A program made the position numbers and the translations under genes. 64,000 nucleotides of DNA from contig NC_068983.1 in the NCBI RefSeq assembly GCF_001194135.2, positions 80,753,016 through 80,817,015 of the forward strand. The letters are read 5' to 3'. The notes under the pieces were generated by a model. That model worked only from the letters and a program-made list of their open reading frames with translations. It did no database searches and was not told the origin of the DNA. Shown here in pieces: positions 62,977-64,000 of the stretch. Each line of letters starts with the position of its first letter. Positions within the stretch are counted from its first letter, which is position 1. The DNA is from Octopus bimaculoides (Eukaryota).

Positions 62977-63275
62977 AATATATATGTATGTGTATATATA
63001 TATATATATATNNNNNNNNNNNNNNNNNNNNNNNNNNNNNNNNNNNNNNNNNNNNNNNNNNNNNNNNNNNNNNNNNNNNNNNNNNNNNNNNNNNNNNNNN
63101 NNNNNNNNNNNNNNNNNNNNNNNNNNNNNNNNNNNNNNNNNNNNNNNNNNNNNNNNNNNNNNNNNNNNNNNNNNNNNNNNNNNNNNNNNNNNNNNNNNNN
63201 NNNNNNNNNNNNNNNNNNNNNNNNNNNNNNNNNNNNNNNNNNNNNNNNNNNNNNNNNNNNNNNNNNNNNNNNNNN

Positions 63276-63288
63276 ATATAGATAGATT

Positions 63289-63320
<32 letters not shown>

Positions 63321-63334
63321 CATACATACATACA

Positions 63335-63362
<28 letters not shown>
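63276..63362. repeat. (GATA)n/(CATA)n microsatellite
   Basis: Directly visible. Confidence 0.95.
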
Positions 63363-63365
<3 letters not shown>

Positions 63366-63814
63366 TGTAATATTTGGGGATGGTCATCTTTTGTCAATTA
63401 AACACATGTGCTATTTATCTTCATATTAGCTTTATTATTATTATTAGTTATTTGTCAGACTTCTTTCATCATTCTTTCTGTCCCTTGTGTTTCTTCTCGT
63501 CCTGTCTATTTCATTTTGACTTTCTGCAGTATGTATCCCTATCTGCATATGTGTTTAAGTCTGTGTCTGTGTGTCTACATGGTGTTTATGTATTTACATG
63601 CATGCATGCATGTGCGTGTGTATGTGTGTGTCTATGTGTCTCTGTGTTTAGTATGAGTGTCTTTTGTACATGTTTAATGGTTTGTATATTACACTGTTTG
63701 AATCTGTGTCTCTTATTTATTTGTTTATTTATTTTTTCCATTCTGTCTTTAGTTGTCAGGCTGCACTGTGTCGTGGAGTGGAAGGGGTTATTACTCCATT
63801 CACATTTTCTGTTG

Positions 63815-63966
63815 AGGCTAGGCAGTAAGGAGCTTGCTTCCCAACCATGTAGTTCCAGGTTCAGTCACACTGTATGGCACCTTGGGCAAGTGACTTCTAC
63901 TATAGCCTAAGGCCGACCAAAGCCTTGTGAATGGATTTGGTAGACAGAAACTGAAAGAGGCCCATC

Positions 63967-64000
<34 letters not shown>
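63815..64000 (+). mobile_element. SINE family B, 5' half, running off the window in (TA)n
   Basis: Aligns with the 44265 copy. Confidence 0.9.

Larger units (their letters stand above)
7499..63275. other. Eleven assembly gaps: 7499-7736, 17099-17216, 24412-25178, 26687-27301, 28554-28653, 44699-45197, 47261-47518, 50672-51480, 52278-52342, 60758-60980, 63012-63275
   Basis: Runs of N, mostly bordered by microsatellites; they may hide exons or repeats. Confidence 1.

Noticed and set aside
7351-63397. Long ORFs of 100-337 aa in the ORF track (e.g. 24388-25296, 50594-51607, 50655-51617 poly-Asp)
   Set aside because: They span N-gaps or simple repeats, so they are not coding evidence.

Overview
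AT-rich eukaryotic draft-assembly sequence with 11 N-gaps, most flanked by microsatellites. The repeat families look like those of an Octopus (coleoid cephalopod) genome; this is recognition from memory, not a database search. I find no confidently identifiable host gene, only isolated candidate exons (best: 5034-5173 on - and 32110-32203 on +). Most listed ORFs are artefacts of gaps and microsatellites, or are transposon debris. The window holds four tRNA-headed SINE-like families plus two other short interspersed families. It also holds decayed RTE-clade LINEs of several lineages (one family carrying a PHD-type finger inside ORF2), a CRE-like RLE fragment, a hAT/Buster fossil, two mariner elements, two maT/DD37D-like fragments, a Helitron helicase remnant and six inverted-repeat (fold-back) elements. 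The most notable signal is a set of minimal hammerhead-ribozyme-like motifs of the Penelope-associated type: 8212-8247 (-), 62328-62361 (+), and a mirrored pair inside a near-perfect 392-bp palindrome at 58597-58988. Three of the fold-backs cluster at 58.6-63.0 kb. None of these motifs is shown to be active.
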